In this document: positions 1-10,894 of the stretch, piece after piece
Layout of the letters: each line of letters opens with the position of its first letter
Position numbering within the stretch: position 1 is the first letter of the stretch
IMG/VR virus record: IMGVR_UViG_3300021399_000108
Location: 99,521 to 163,520 of that record
Origin: a virus
Taxonomy: Duplodnaviria > Caudoviricetes
Strand: one strand, 5' to 3'
DNA length: 64,000 nucleotides
Made by a program: the position numbers and the translations under genes
The notes under the pieces: model-generated
The model's input: only the letters and a program-made list of their open reading frames with translations
Told to the model about the DNA's origin: nothing
Database searches by the model: none

Positions 1-1
1 A

Positions 2-145
2 TTACGTATTCAAGGAATACGTATTGGAGAAAATTTTATTCCTAAAAAAGCAAAGTCTTCAATTTATCCAGTAATTATGAAAATTATTGGACAGCATGAT
101 GGAATATTAGAGTATCAACAAGAAAGAATGGAGGCAAATGAGTGA
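2..145 (+). CDS. C-terminal fragment of an upstream gene, possibly phage DNA polymerase III alpha (DnaE-like)
   Basis: Open frame LRIQGIRIGENFIPKK...MEANE-TGA, overlapping the next GTG start; GIR..F.PK resembles my recollection of phage DnaE C-termini. Confidence 0.4.
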   Translation, partial: LRIQGIRIGENFIPKKAKSSIYPVIMKIIGQHDGILEYQQERMEANE

Positions 146-1227
146 TTGGTCTTTTAGATTATGATATACAAGTATCAACATCAAATCAAATTATTGTTCC
201 TAATTTAGAAATTATGAAATTAGCGACCTATTACAAACGAGAAGAAAATACCTATTGCCGCCTTTTGGACTTAACTGATACTGAATTAGCTAGTTATGAT
301 AAAATTTTTTTCTTTAGTGAATTAGCGCATAATCCACATATTCCAGAACAATTTTTACGCGCGACTAATGTAATATTTGGAGGAACAGCTTTTACTGAAG
401 GAGAATATAAGCCATTTAAAAATAGTATTATTGATTATACTGTTGCACGTCCAACTATTTATAAAGAATTTCTTAAAGAAAAATATAATAATGGCATTAA
501 AACTAAAGTAATTGGACATGTATTAGATGACGCATATTATAGAATATTTTTAAATGATTCTATATTACCAATCCCTCCAATTAACGCACGGAAACGAATA
601 TTTATTTATGATAGAAATATTTTACATAATAATTGGCAAGAAGTTATTACTAAAATTTCTGACAGAAAACCTTCTTCTATTTTATGTATTCATCCTATCA
701 TTTGTAAAACTATAACAGATTTTATTAATGTTCGTGCCTGTCCAAAAATTGCACGAACAAATACTGTTATATTAGATTTAAATATCCCATTAACTGAAAT
801 ACACTATTTATTAAAATCATATAAACATTTATTTTTAGCAGATATTACAAAAGCTACTGCTGTTGCTATTTTTCTTGGAGGAACGTATCCTGCTACTACG
901 CATTACTATAAAGATTTTATTTATAAAATGAATTTATTATATTCTTTTTGGGCGAAAGGAATTGAACTAAAAATAAAGTATGATTATCCTAAAACAGGGT
1001 ATAAAAATCCTTTACAAGAATTAGAATTAGAAATAGAAAATTGGGTAAATAGCCCTAGTAAAAATAATAGAACACTAGAAGAAAGAACTACTAAATATTT
1101 GTCTAAAGAACATATTATGACTTTGACCGATGAAAAACAACGATTATATAAATTTTATCCCGAAGCTAAAAATTTATTTAATCAAAATTTTACTATGTTA
1201 AAACAAGGAGGCTATTGGAAATTATGA
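142..1227 (+). CDS. Hypothetical protein with an N-terminus like radical-SAM-associated proteins
   Basis: 361-aa ORF, SD GGAGG, N-terminal IGLLDYD...PNLEIMKLATYYK; no CxxxCxxC seen; no TAG. Confidence 0.6.
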   Translation: MIGLLDYDIQVSTSNQIIVPNLEIMKLATYYKREENTYCRLLDLTDTELASYDKIFFFSELAHNPHIPEQFLRATNVIFGGTAFTEGEYKPFKNSIIDYTVARPTIYKEFLKEKYNNGIKTKVIGHVLDDAYYRIFLNDSILPIPPINARKRIFIYDRNILHNNWQEVITKISDRKPSSILCIHPIICKTITDFINVRACPKIARTNTVILDLNIPLTEIHYLLKSYKHLFLADITKATAVAIFLGGTYPATTHYYKDFIYKMNLLYSFWAKGIELKIKYDYPKTGYKNPLQELELEIENWVNSPSKNNRTLEERTTKYLSKEHIMTLTDEKQRLYKFYPEAKNLFNQNFTMLKQGGYWKL

Positions 1228-1445
1228 TAGATGATATTATTGCTGAAAAGGAACGGCTAGAACGATTGTTAAAACAAGCTGTCGCGACAATGGAAAAAAA
1301 AGAAACTATTAATAAAATTCGCGCGCAAATGCGGATAAATCAAGCAAAATGTCCACATTATAGTACAAAATATAATTATGTATTCGTAGATGATACTTGC
1401 CCCTATTGCGGGAAAAAGCATTGTTTTACAAACAAGGAGGAGTAA
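1224..1445 (+). CDS. Small coiled-coil / zinc-ribbon protein
   Basis: ATGA overlap with previous stop; CPH...CPYCG motif. Confidence 0.6.
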   Translation: MIDDIIAEKERLERLLKQAVATMEKKETINKIRAQMRINQAKCPHYSTKYNYVFVDDTCPYCGKKHCFTNKEE

Positions 1446-1446
1446 T

Positions 1447-1671
1447 ATGGAATTTGTATTATATACTCTGCCCACTTGTGGTATTTGTCATATGATTAAA
1501 GCTAAGTTAAATGAATATAATATTCCGTATACTGAAGATAATTTTGAAAAAATTGCATCTTATTTACAAACCGATCGCGCGCCTGTCCTAAAAATTACTC
1601 ATAATGAAAAAGTAGAATTTATTACTAGCCCAGCAGATATGGTAAAATTAATTCAAAATTTTAAGGAGTGA
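1447..1671 (+). CDS. nrdH: NrdH/glutaredoxin-like redoxin
   Basis: SD AAGGAGG, ATG 1447; LYTLPTCGIC (CxxC) and APVL cis-Pro motif; directly upstream of nrdD. Confidence 0.8.
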   Translation: MEFVLYTLPTCGICHMIKAKLNEYNIPYTEDNFEKIASYLQTDRAPVLKITHNEKVEFITSPADMVKLIQNFKE

Positions 1672-1676
1672 TTATT

Positions 1677-3596
1677 ATGGATATTAAAGTACGATTAAGT
1701 AAAAATTTTCAAACTGCTTATAACCGTTTAAGTGAAAAATATGGCGAAGAAATTGCGTATTTAAATGGATTTGGTGATAAGCAATTAAGCTATACTGATT
1801 TTATAGATAATTTTATTGATAAAGACACGGTGGCTGATGTCTCAGTTGATGGTAATTCAAATGTAGGTAATAAAGATATGCGTACACTTATGAATGAAAT
1901 GCCAAAGCCGCATCGTAAATTACTTGCATTTAATAAAATTTATTATGAATTAAATAAAAAATATGGTTTTAAAACAGCTAATGACTGGTTAGAAAAAGAA
2001 TGGACTAAAGCGTTATATATGCATGATGCTGATACTTCTACATATGTGCATTATTGTTTTGCTTATGATTTAAAAGATGTCGCAGAAAAAGGTTTATTTT
2101 TCTTAAATAACTTTAATGCAGAACCACCTAAACATTTGAGCACTTTTGTTGATTTTGTTAAAGAATTTATTAGCTTTGCCTCTAATCGTAGTTCTGGCGC
2201 GGTTGGACTGCCAAACATTATTCCTTATATGTATTATTTTTGGAAACAAGATTGTAAAAATGGATATGCAACCAAGTCTCCAGAATATTATGCTCAGCAG
2301 CAAATTCAACGGTTCGTATATGCAGTAAATCAACCATATGTGCGTGATGGAATGCAATCTGCATTTACTAATTGTTCAGTATTTGATATGGCATATCTTG
2401 AAGCGTTGTTTGCAGGAGCACAATTCCCAGATGGAAGTTATATGTTTGATGATTTAAAAGAAATTCAAAATTTCCAGAAATTATTTATGGAAACAATCGC
2501 TAAAATTCGTCAGCATAATATGTTTACTTTCCCCGTACTCACAATTAGTCTTTTACGAAAAGATGGTAAATTCCAAGATGAAGAATTTGCGCGTTGGGGT
2601 ATAGAACATAATCGTATTTGGAGTGATTCCAATATTTTTATTGATGACTCAGTTAATTCCCTTAGTAACTGTTGTAGGCTAAAAAGTAATATTGAAGATT
2701 TAGGTTATTTTAATAGTATAGGCGGTTCCGCATTAAAAGTAGGTTCAGTAAAAGTTTCAACTATTAATCTTGCTCGTCTCGCACTTGAACATCCTCATGA
2801 TGAGAATGAATATTTAACAGCACTTGCAGATATAGTTGAACTTGATTGTAAGGTACTAGATGTTGTTCGGCATATTATTAAACGTAATGTAGAAAAAGGA
2901 TTATTACCAAATTTTACTTATGGTATTGTTGATTTTGAACATTTATACAATACAGTTGGTATTATTGGAATTTATGAAACAATGAAAACATTTGGGTACA
3001 TTACAACTGATAGTCTTGGCAATACTTTCTATACAGAAAACGCTGATGCCTTTGGGCGAAGAATTTTTGAAGTATTACATCGTACTAAGGATGCTTTCGC
3101 CGCTGATAAAGATTATAAAATTAATTGTGAACAAATTCCAGGAGAATCTGCCGCGGCTAAAATGCAATTAGCAGATGAATTCTTCTTCCCAGATACAGTA
3201 GTAAAAGATCTCCCATTATATGGAAATCAATTTATTCCTCTGGGAATTAAAACAACTATGGCTGAACGTATTCGTATTGCTTCCTTATTTGATAGTTACT
3301 GTAATGGTGGTTCTATTGCACATTTAAATATTGATGCACCTTTCGATTCGTTTGAGAAAGCTTGGGACGCGGTAAACTATATTGCTGATCAAGGTTTAAC
3401 ATATTTTGCATTTAATACTAAAATTCAGGCTTGCGTGCATAACCACGCTTTTTATGGTACTAAGTGTCCCATTTGCGGTGGTGAGGTTGCAACTGAATAT
3501 ACAAGAATTGTAGGATTTTATACACCTATTAAAACCTGGAGCAAAGAAAGGAAACAAGAATTTAAAATGCGTCAATGGGAGCATATAAATGATTAA
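1677..3596 (+). CDS. nrdD: Anaerobic (class III) ribonucleoside-triphosphate reductase, no ATP cone
   Basis: YMHD, TFPV, SNCCRL active-site loop, EQIPGES, C-terminal CxxxH...CPICG and YTRIVGF glycyl-radical loop. Confidence 0.95.
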   Translation: MDIKVRLSKNFQTAYNRLSEKYGEEIAYLNGFGDKQLSYTDFIDNFIDKDTVADVSVDGNSNVGNKDMRTLMNEMPKPHRKLLAFNKIYYELNKKYGFKTANDWLEKEWTKALYMHDADTSTYVHYCFAYDLKDVAEKGLFFLNNFNAEPPKHLSTFVDFVKEFISFASNRSSGAVGLPNIIPYMYYFWKQDCKNGYATKSPEYYAQQQIQRFVYAVNQPYVRDGMQSAFTNCSVFDMAYLEALFAGAQFPDGSYMFDDLKEIQNFQKLFMETIAKIRQHNMFTFPVLTISLLRKDGKFQDEEFARWGIEHNRIWSDSNIFIDDSVNSLSNCCRLKSNIEDLGYFNSIGGSALKVGSVKVSTINLARLALEHPHDENEYLTALADIVELDCKVLDVVRHIIKRNVEKGLLPNFTYGIVDFEHLYNTVGIIGIYETMKTFGYITTDSLGNTFYTENADAFGRRIFEVLHRTKDAFAADKDYKINCEQIPGESAAAKMQLADEFFFPDTVVKDLPLYGNQFIPLGIKTTMAERIRIASLFDSYCNGGSIAHLNIDAPFDSFEKAWDAVNYIADQGLTYFAFNTKIQACVHNHAFYGTKCPICGGEVATEYTRIVGFYTPIKTWSKERKQEFKMRQWEHIND

Positions 3597-3765
3597 ACTC
3601 GAACTTGATATACCGATGCCAAAAGCATGTATTGATTGTCCTTTACAAGATGAAGAATTCCATTATTGTCACGGAAGATTATGTAGCGCGGCATGGGAAT
3701 GTGAAAATTATGAGGAAGCACGACCGAAATGGTGCCCATTAATAGAGGTACAAGATGAAACTTAA
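3589..3765 (+). CDS. 58-aa Cys-rich hypothetical protein (absent from ORF track)
   Basis: MIKLELDIPMPKACIDCPL...RPKWCPLIEV; fills the nrdD-nrdG gap and overlaps both. Confidence 0.7.
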   Translation: MIKLELDIPMPKACIDCPLQDEEFHYCHGRLCSAAWECENYEEARPKWCPLIEVQDET

Positions 3766-4234
3766 AGGAATAATTGATTGTGATTTTACAAATTATAAAG
3801 AACCAGTATTAACATTAGAATTCCCATATTGCGATTTTAAATGTGATAAAATAAATAAATGTCAAGTTTGTCAAAATAGTGCTCTTGCAACCGAACCTGA
3901 TCTTAATATTTCTTTACAAGAAATATGGGGATTATATAGACAAAATCCATTGACAAAAGGCTTTTGCTGTCAGGGATTAGAACCATTTGATTCTGAACAA
4001 GAGTTATATGAATTTATAGATTTTATTCGTGCAGGTATGCAATGTAATGATACTATAATTATTTATACAGGATATGGAAAAAGTGAAATATCTCTACAAC
4101 TAGATGTTTTAAAGAATTATAAAAACATTATTATAAAATATGGCCGTTATTTAATTGGATATGAACCCCATTATGATGATGTACTAGGGGTTAAATTAGC
4201 ATCAAATAATCAATATGCGGAGAAAATATCATGA
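3755..4234 (+). CDS. nrdG: Class III RNR activase (radical SAM)
   Basis: CDFKC...CQN, GLEPF, IIIYTGY, KYGRY, ASNNQ motifs; next to nrdD. Confidence 0.9.
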   Translation: MKLKGIIDCDFTNYKEPVLTLEFPYCDFKCDKINKCQVCQNSALATEPDLNISLQEIWGLYRQNPLTKGFCCQGLEPFDSEQELYEFIDFIRAGMQCNDTIIIYTGYGKSEISLQLDVLKNYKNIIIKYGRYLIGYEPHYDDVLGVKLASNNQYAEKIS

Positions 4235-4428
4235 GACTACATGTAAATACGGATAAAGAACTAGTAAATTTAATTCGTGAAGGTTTACGAAATAATGATG
4301 GATATTGCCCTTGCATTATGAACAGTAAGGGTAAAGAAGAATATAAGTGTATTTGCCAAGATATGCGCGAGAATGTGCCAATAGGACAAACATGCCATTG
4401 CGGCTTATATGTAAAAGACGAGATGTAA
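4231..4428 (+). CDS. Ferredoxin:thioredoxin reductase catalytic-subunit-like protein
   Basis: GYCPC...CIC...CHCGLY matches the CPC/CxC/CHC pattern of the FTR catalytic chain. Confidence 0.8.
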   Translation: MRLHVNTDKELVNLIREGLRNNDGYCPCIMNSKGKEEYKCICQDMRENVPIGQTCHCGLYVKDEM

Positions 4429-4449
4429 TATAACATCTCGTCTTCTTTT
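4415..4449 (+). terminator. Intrinsic terminator after the RNR operon
   Basis: 12-bp stem AAGACGAGATGT/ACATCTCGTCTT followed by CTTTT; stop codon at the loop. Confidence 0.75.
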
Positions 4450-4451
4450 AT

Positions 4452-4480
4452 TTGACTTTTTAGAAAAATTATGATATAAT
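4452..4480 (+). promoter_or_regulatory. sigmaA promoter
   Basis: TTGACT-17 bp-TATAAT with extended -10 TG; SD AGGAGG downstream. Confidence 0.8.
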
Positions 4481-4507
4481 AAATTATCAAGGTAGGAGGA
4501 TATATAA

Positions 4508-5467
4508 ATGATATTTATTATCATAATTTTATTAGGTATTATTGTATTTTTAGGCTTAAAATTAAAAACAAAAGTTGTTATAGATAAAAGTGCAATTGAT
4601 GAATATAATTCCACCATTCAAGAACTAAAAATTTATTAGAATAATTTACATAATGAAATTGATAAATCTGAACAAAAGGCAAGTCAACTTAATGTATAGA
4701 TTAAGTCATTACAATAGGAATATCAATCTCGTTATACAAATTTAAATGAACATTTCGAGCAATTAACATTATCAAGAGAAAAACTGTTAGAACAAGATTT
4801 TGCACGACGTAAGCAAGATAAAGAACAAGCATTAGAAATTTTATCCGAAAATTATTCTAATAAAATAGAAGAATTATCTAAAAAATCTCATGAATTATAG
4901 GAACAATATAATAATTTTTGTAATGAGATTGAAAATAACATAAAAGATGAACAAGCTCGTTTTGATGCGCTTTTATCACCATTACAGCAATATGAAAAAG
5001 AGCAACAAGATAAATTATTTTATACCGTTCAAATACCAGAAGAATTTCGTGCAGATATTTAGTATTTATTAGTAAACATTGCTCCGCAATTAAAGCATCC
5101 AGATATTATTAATAAATTAATTTGGAGTGAGTATGTGCGACCATATCTTGATGCTGCATGTAAACGCATAGGCATTAATAATGAGCCTGGTATTTATAAA
5201 ATAACAAATATTAATGATAATAAAAGTTATATTGGTAAAAGTACCGATATTAAAAAACGTATTGCATAGCATTTTAAGGCCGCGATTGGTATTAGCACGA
5301 TAGCATGGCAAGCAGTTCATGATGCAATGCTTACACAAGGTTTATGGAATTGGTCTATTGAACCGGTTATTTATTGTGATAAAGATAAATTAAGTGAAAT
5401 GGAAAAATTTTATATTGATTTTTTTAAGACGCAAGAATATGGATTTAATCGTAAAAATGGAGGCTAA
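4508..5467 (+). CDS. Membrane-anchored coiled-coil protein with C-terminal GIY-YIG nuclease domain (TAG read-through)
   Basis: N-terminal hydrophobic helix; open to TAA 5467 if TAG is sense; GIYKITN...SYIGKS...KRI..H motif. Confidence 0.8.
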
Positions 5468-5469
5468 TA

Positions 5470-5763
5470 ATGGAATTCAAAGAAATAAAATTTATTAAAG
5501 ATTGGCTTATAGCATTAGTAAAAAATGATAATAACTATGTGATAATTCTTGGGAAAGTTGGTAAAATTAAATTTTAGACAGAACAAGATACTATATCAAT
5601 ATCATCAAAGTATTATGAATTAATGGATGATATTATTAAAAGTATATCAAGCAAAATTGAAATTCCTCTTATCGCACATAATGATAAATTATTTACAATA
5701 ATTAGTTTAAATAATGAACAAGAATATGAAACAATTAAAACTGTATTAGAGGTAATATTATGA
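5470..5763 (+). CDS. Hypothetical protein (one internal TAG)
   Basis: SD GGAGG, 97 aa, ends in TGA overlapping the next ATG. Confidence 0.65.
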
Positions 5764-6116
5764 GTGAAATAAATTTAACAAAAGAACAACTATTAGAACG
5801 CTTTGCAGAAGCACAAAATGTTTCCAAATAGGAAGCTGAAAAATTAATTGGTGGAGAAACAGCAGAAGATATTCTTAAAAATATCAAAAATTTCACCAGA
5901 GAAAAAATTCAAGAACAAATGCCTCCTATGAACCGCGCGCAACGACGTGCGTGGCTTAAAAAGCATAAAAAGCGAATTAAAAGTACAGCTGAAACAATTA
6001 CTGATACGGCACAAAAATTAAATTATATTAGTCTTATTAAAAAACTACGAGAATTAAATGAAAAGAAAGAAAAGGAGAATGAAGAAAATGAGAACACTGC
6101 GGAAAGTAACTTATGA
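5760..6116 (+). CDS. Hypothetical protein (one internal TAG), NRAQRR motif
   Basis: ATG 5760 with SD GAGGT; same frame as ORF 5919-6116. Confidence 0.7.
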
Positions 6117-6300
6117 GTATGATATTAGTTCAGAAGAAGAATCTACTGCTACAATTGAAGAATATAAAACTAATGCTCTTGAGAAAGGATATATGGTAAC
6201 AAATTCTAAAGTTGATTATAAAGTTAAAAAAGATAGAAAAACTGGTGATATAGTAGATGAAAATTGGGTCACTAAAGTAACAATTACATATGACATTTAA
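6088..6300 (+). CDS. Hypothetical protein
   Basis: ORF track; SD AAGGAG is best spaced to ATG 6088. Confidence 0.65.
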   Translation: MRTLRKVTYEYDISSEEESTATIEEYKTNALEKGYMVTNSKVDYKVKKDRKTGDIVDENWVTKVTITYDI

Positions 6301-6318
6301 AATAAAGGAGATATAAAA

Positions 6319-7122
6319 ATGAGTGAATTAAATAATAATATTTTTATGCAAAATGATGGGCTACAACCCCTTCAAGAGATTGTACAATCAATTATGGAGT
6401 TTAATGATGTTTCTTTAACTCCAACCTTAGTAAATAATTTAACTGAATCTATAAATTCTTTAATGACTCCATCAATGAGAGAGAGCACTATCGCGGCAAT
6501 TAAGGATGATTTTGATAAACGACAAATAAATAAAGCAGAAGTAAATCAGTATTATATTAATTTAAAAAATAATATTGCAACTTTAATTAATGAATTAAAG
6601 CCTTCACAACAAAAATTAGCTTTACTTAATTCAGTATTTGATCCAATGATTAGTATGGTTGAAGAAGTAGTACGTACTTATCATGTATATGATATTGTAC
6701 TTCCAATGACTTTAGATGAAGGTGCACAAGAACCTACTTATGCTCATGAAACAGACGCCGCAGCAGACTTATATGCGGCTGATACCGTTGTTCTACCCGC
6801 ACACTCTATTAGTAATATGGTAAGAACTGGGGTTCATATTCAACTTCCAGAAGGTTGGATTGCTATGATTTTCCCACGTTCAAGTATTGGTTCTAAGACT
6901 GGACTTCGATTAAGTAATTCAGCAGGAATTATTGATCAAGAATATCTTGGCCCACTAGGTGTACTTTATGATAACATTTCGGATTCTGATTATACTATTA
7001 ATAAAGGCGACCGTATTGCTCAACTTATGGTTATGCCAAGTTATCATTTTAAGGCTAAAATCGTTGATAAATTAACTCCTACAACACGCGGAGAGGGCGG
7101 TTTTGGTTCTAGCGGAAAATAA
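6319..7122 (+). CDS. dut: Trimeric dUTPase with ~125-aa N-terminal extension
   Basis: AAADL, PRSSIG, GIIDQEYLG, GDRIAQL, RGEGGFGSSG (motifs I-V). Confidence 0.95.
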   Translation: MSELNNNIFMQNDGLQPLQEIVQSIMEFNDVSLTPTLVNNLTESINSLMTPSMRESTIAAIKDDFDKRQINKAEVNQYYINLKNNIATLINELKPSQQKLALLNSVFDPMISMVEEVVRTYHVYDIVLPMTLDEGAQEPTYAHETDAAADLYAADTVVLPAHSISNMVRTGVHIQLPEGWIAMIFPRSSIGSKTGLRLSNSAGIIDQEYLGPLGVLYDNISDSDYTINKGDRIAQLMVMPSYHFKAKIVDKLTPTTRGEGGFGSSGK

Positions 7123-7868
7123 TGCCTATTAATATTTATACTGTCACTAACCATTTAGAACAAGAAGGTTGGAAATTAATTAGTGACAGTTATAAAAATT
7201 TAAATACAGAATTAGAAATGTAGTGCCCCAAAGGGCATCGCCAATTGCAAACATATGCTAATTGGCGTAAACATATGATTTGTGAATAGTGTATGGCTGG
7301 TGATCCATATAAAATTAAAAAAAATAAAGTACCAATCAAAAAGATTGATACTACTAGAATATTAGCATTAGATGCGGCAACTGGAATTACCGGATATGCA
7401 ATTTTTGATGATAATGAATTAGTCCATTATGGAACATATAAGGTAGATAAAGAACAGACAACCGAAAGTCGTATTAATAATGTAAAACATTGGCTTGCTG
7501 CGGCTATTAACGAATGGCAACCTGATTTTGTTGGATTATAGGCGATACAACTACAAAGTTTCGGAAATAATAATAATTATCAAGTAGAAACTTATCGTGC
7601 GCTAGCTAATTTACAAGGCGTCTTAGTTGATACAATCTTTGAAGCCTGTATAGATCATGACCTTGTTTATGCTACACAATGGAGAAAATATTGTGGAGTA
7701 GGTGAAGGAAAAGGACGAGAAAATAAGAAAAAACAAGCACAAGATAAAGTAAAATTATGGTATCAACAAGATTGTACTCAAGATGAAGCAGATGCAATTT
7801 GTATTGGAAAATATTTTTGCCATATTTTAAAAAATAATAAATCAAGCTGGGGTGAAGATATTGATTAA
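7122..7868 (+). CDS. ruvC: RuvC-like Holliday junction resolvase with N-terminal zinc-binding domain (3 internal TAG)
   Basis: TAATG coupling with dut; CPKGH...CE*C; ILALDAATGITGYAIF, WQPDFVGL*, DEADAICIG. Confidence 0.85.
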
Positions 7869-8256
7869 AGTTAAATTAAAACAATTAGTTGAAAGTACAG
7901 AGGCTTTACGATAGTTAGGCGGGAAACCACTTAAAGGGAAATTAGCATATAAAATTGGAAAAATTATTCAACAAATTGATAATGAATTAGCAATTTATGA
8001 TAAAGCTCGTTATAAAATTCTTGAATAGTATTGTGTAAAAGACAATGATAACAAGGTTAAGACTAGTGATAATGGCACAGTTATGATTGCTACCGGTAAT
8101 ATAGAAGATTATAATAATGATATGGCAAAATTAGATGATACAGATATAGAACTTAATGTTACTTTATTAGAGTTAGATGATTTTGAAAATATTGAATTAA
8201 CACCTAAGCACATAATGGACATTGATTGGTTAATAAAAAAAGAGGAGGAAACTTAA
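7861..8256 (+). CDS. Hypothetical phage protein (TAG read-through)
   Basis: TTG start, SD GGGGTG, 131 aa to TAA; LAYKIGK...ELE pattern typical of small tail-associated proteins. Confidence 0.65.
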
Positions 8257-8277
8257 AGTTTCCTCCTTATTTTTTTA
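8235..8277. terminator. Bidirectional terminator at the convergence of the + and - gene blocks
   Basis: A-run, AGGAGGAAACT-TAA-AGTTTCCTCCT stem, T-run. Confidence 0.85.
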
Positions 8278-8296
8278 GTTAAGGCCAGTGAAATTA

Positions 8297-10882
8297 TTAA
8301 GAAATGCTGCCACTATCTTTATCACACTTAAAATAACGCGTATACGCTGCAGTTCCATTAATATAAAATACTACTGAACCACTATAATTACTTCCTCGTA
8401 CTGCGCTATCAAAATTTAATTTTGTACTATCAGTTACTTGTGAACCCGAGATAGTGCCGCCACTAGGATATAAAGCACAAGCAGTTACTGTTATTTGCCC
8501 ATTGCCACTATACTTTATGGAAGTAATATGAGCTTTAACTCCACTGGCCGTATTAAAAGAATGCTTACTAGTGCTCCCATCCGGATTATACCATCGGATT
8601 GTAACATAAGTTGAACCAGTAACACTATAAATCGTTCCTCCTGTAAACCATAAACGGCCACATCCATTAATTTTATCAGCCGTTAGAGCACCATCTTGTG
8701 TAATAGTTAAACTTGCATCACTATTACTCTACCAGACAGTAGCTGTTCTATTATTATATTTATTACGCCAAGTTTCTGATGGTACCCAAAGAACTAAATT
8801 ATTAAAAGGAATAGTTTTAGTAGTATATCCAGTAATCTTATCGTCATCATCTAATATAGGTACTTTAACAGTTATACTTCCCTAAGAATTTTTTGCAACT
8901 GTAGGAGCTAATACTAGTGAAGCAGGATTGTAAAATAATCCTCCTTCCATTGACCAACCGCCTACTTGTCCAGAAGCTGCCTTTAATATCCCATCTTTTC
9001 TAATATAAAATGGTGCATCATCAGGTTTAGCTGCGCCCGCCCAAAATGCATAAGGTGCAGTATCTACAAGTAATTTTTGGCCATTTATAGGATCAGTATA
9101 TGGACTTCCATCTCTATGATAAAGTGCAGTTTCCGAGCCAGCATTAATAGCTACAAATGTAGTATAAACACCATCCTGTACAGCAGAATCTGCCCATAAT
9201 TTATGATTATCAATATTCCATGCACCAATACTACCACCGATAGCATCAATACGGCCTTTAATATTTAAATTGCCATCTTCTGGATCAGCCCAAAATACAC
9301 GTTCATTTTGTAAGTTTCTTAAAATAAAACCATCCCAACTTACTTCTACACGTTTAATTTCTTGTACTCCTAATAATTTACTATTTTTATTTACTTCTTC
9401 ATCATCTAGTACAGTAATATAATCGGTTTTAGCTTTATTTAAAATTTTTGCGCCTTTTTTCATTATTAATGATAAACCTTCATCATTAAATAAGACATAT
9501 TGTTTCCCATCTATACTTTCACTTGGCTAAACATCTGCACCACTTGGATGTTCGCCATTATTTTTTTTATCAACAATAATACTTTTATACGCAAAAATGC
9601 CATCACCGTTCATTTGAAAACGTAAATTATCACCAGAGTAAATACGAATTAAATTAGTATCTAACTGGCCGCTAGTAATTAAATTTGCATTTATACCTTC
9701 AGGGGTAATACCAGTATTCCATTTCCAATTACCTTCAGCATTTTTTTCAGTAGAAGTAAAAATACCACCACCTCTAAAAGCAACTACACCTGTATCACTT
9801 GTGCCCCAAATACCATTATGTTCGTCAATTGTTAAATGCCCATTATTAAAAGCATAATCTAAATCAACTTTCATAATAGAAGTTTGTAATACATCTTCTG
9901 ATAATTCTCCTGAAGCAGTAAATGCAGAAGAAGCAACTTCTAGTAAACGATTATTTTTTTTCATCTATTCTGTTTGTGCAGTAATTGTAGAAAATAAATC
10001 TTCAAATTTTGTTTTATAATTTTTAACTTCAATAACATCTTCATCAAGATTATCTAGATCTAAAGTAATCCCAGAAATATATCCTTGAACATTGTGAAAT
10101 TTTAAATCTTCATCGTTAATCCTTACGATATTACCCATTTGATTATATAAACATTCACAATATTTAGAATTTAAAACATTTGGTTTAACTTCGTATGAAA
10201 CTTTAGGCACTGAATTTTCTTTCGCAATTTCTACCGCATCTAAATAAATCGAAGTATCAGCATTAGAAATAGAGTATTTTATCATTGCTTGACGAGCTTC
10301 TATATTTCCACTATAAGAGCCCGTAGCACCTTTTGTCGCCACCATTTCTGGATTTAAAGTAATTACGTATTGTTCGTCTAAACTACGTGTTAAAACTGAA
10401 TAATCCTCATACGGTTTTAAAGTAATATAGTTAACCACTTGATTCTTATTATTACTATCACTAGCTACATCGTTATAATCCTAATATTTCATAACTAAAG
10501 AATCAGAATCAGTACGCACCTTTAATGACTTAATAAAAATACGAGGATACACAATTTTATCAGTATTATAATTAAGTTGCAGCCAATCTGTCTATCTTGT
10601 AGGATACTATTCATTATAATACTGAATAGTAATTGGTTCTGATTTAAAAGTAACAATATTATGATGTGTGATATCATCCACCCTAGAGGTGATTATACCA
10701 ACACGTCCATGTGCGCTTTCTGTAATAACACGTTCTCCTTCAACCCCTTCACGATTAATACCAGTTAATACTAAAATAGGTATTATACGATTATCTTTTT
10801 TTACAAATTCTATTTTACACCCTGAACCTAATGTTAAAATTCGTTCAGAATGAATATCTAATTCATCTATACTTGTAGGCAT
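8297..10882 (-). CDS. Tail tip protein, C-terminal Tal-like part plus spike/fibre region (861 aa, TAG read-through)
   Basis: Four ORF-track fragments in one frame separated by TAG; PKVSYEV, KNYKTKFEDLF, WNTGITPEGINANLITSGQLDT motifs; own SD AGGAGG. Confidence 0.8.
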
Positions 10883-10894
10883 ATAATCACCTCC

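Noticed and set aside
4421-4438. AGATGT-N6-ACATCT as another copy of the early palindrome
   Set aside because: Spacer is 6 rather than 3 bp, the TT/AA ends are missing, and it is part of a terminator stem.
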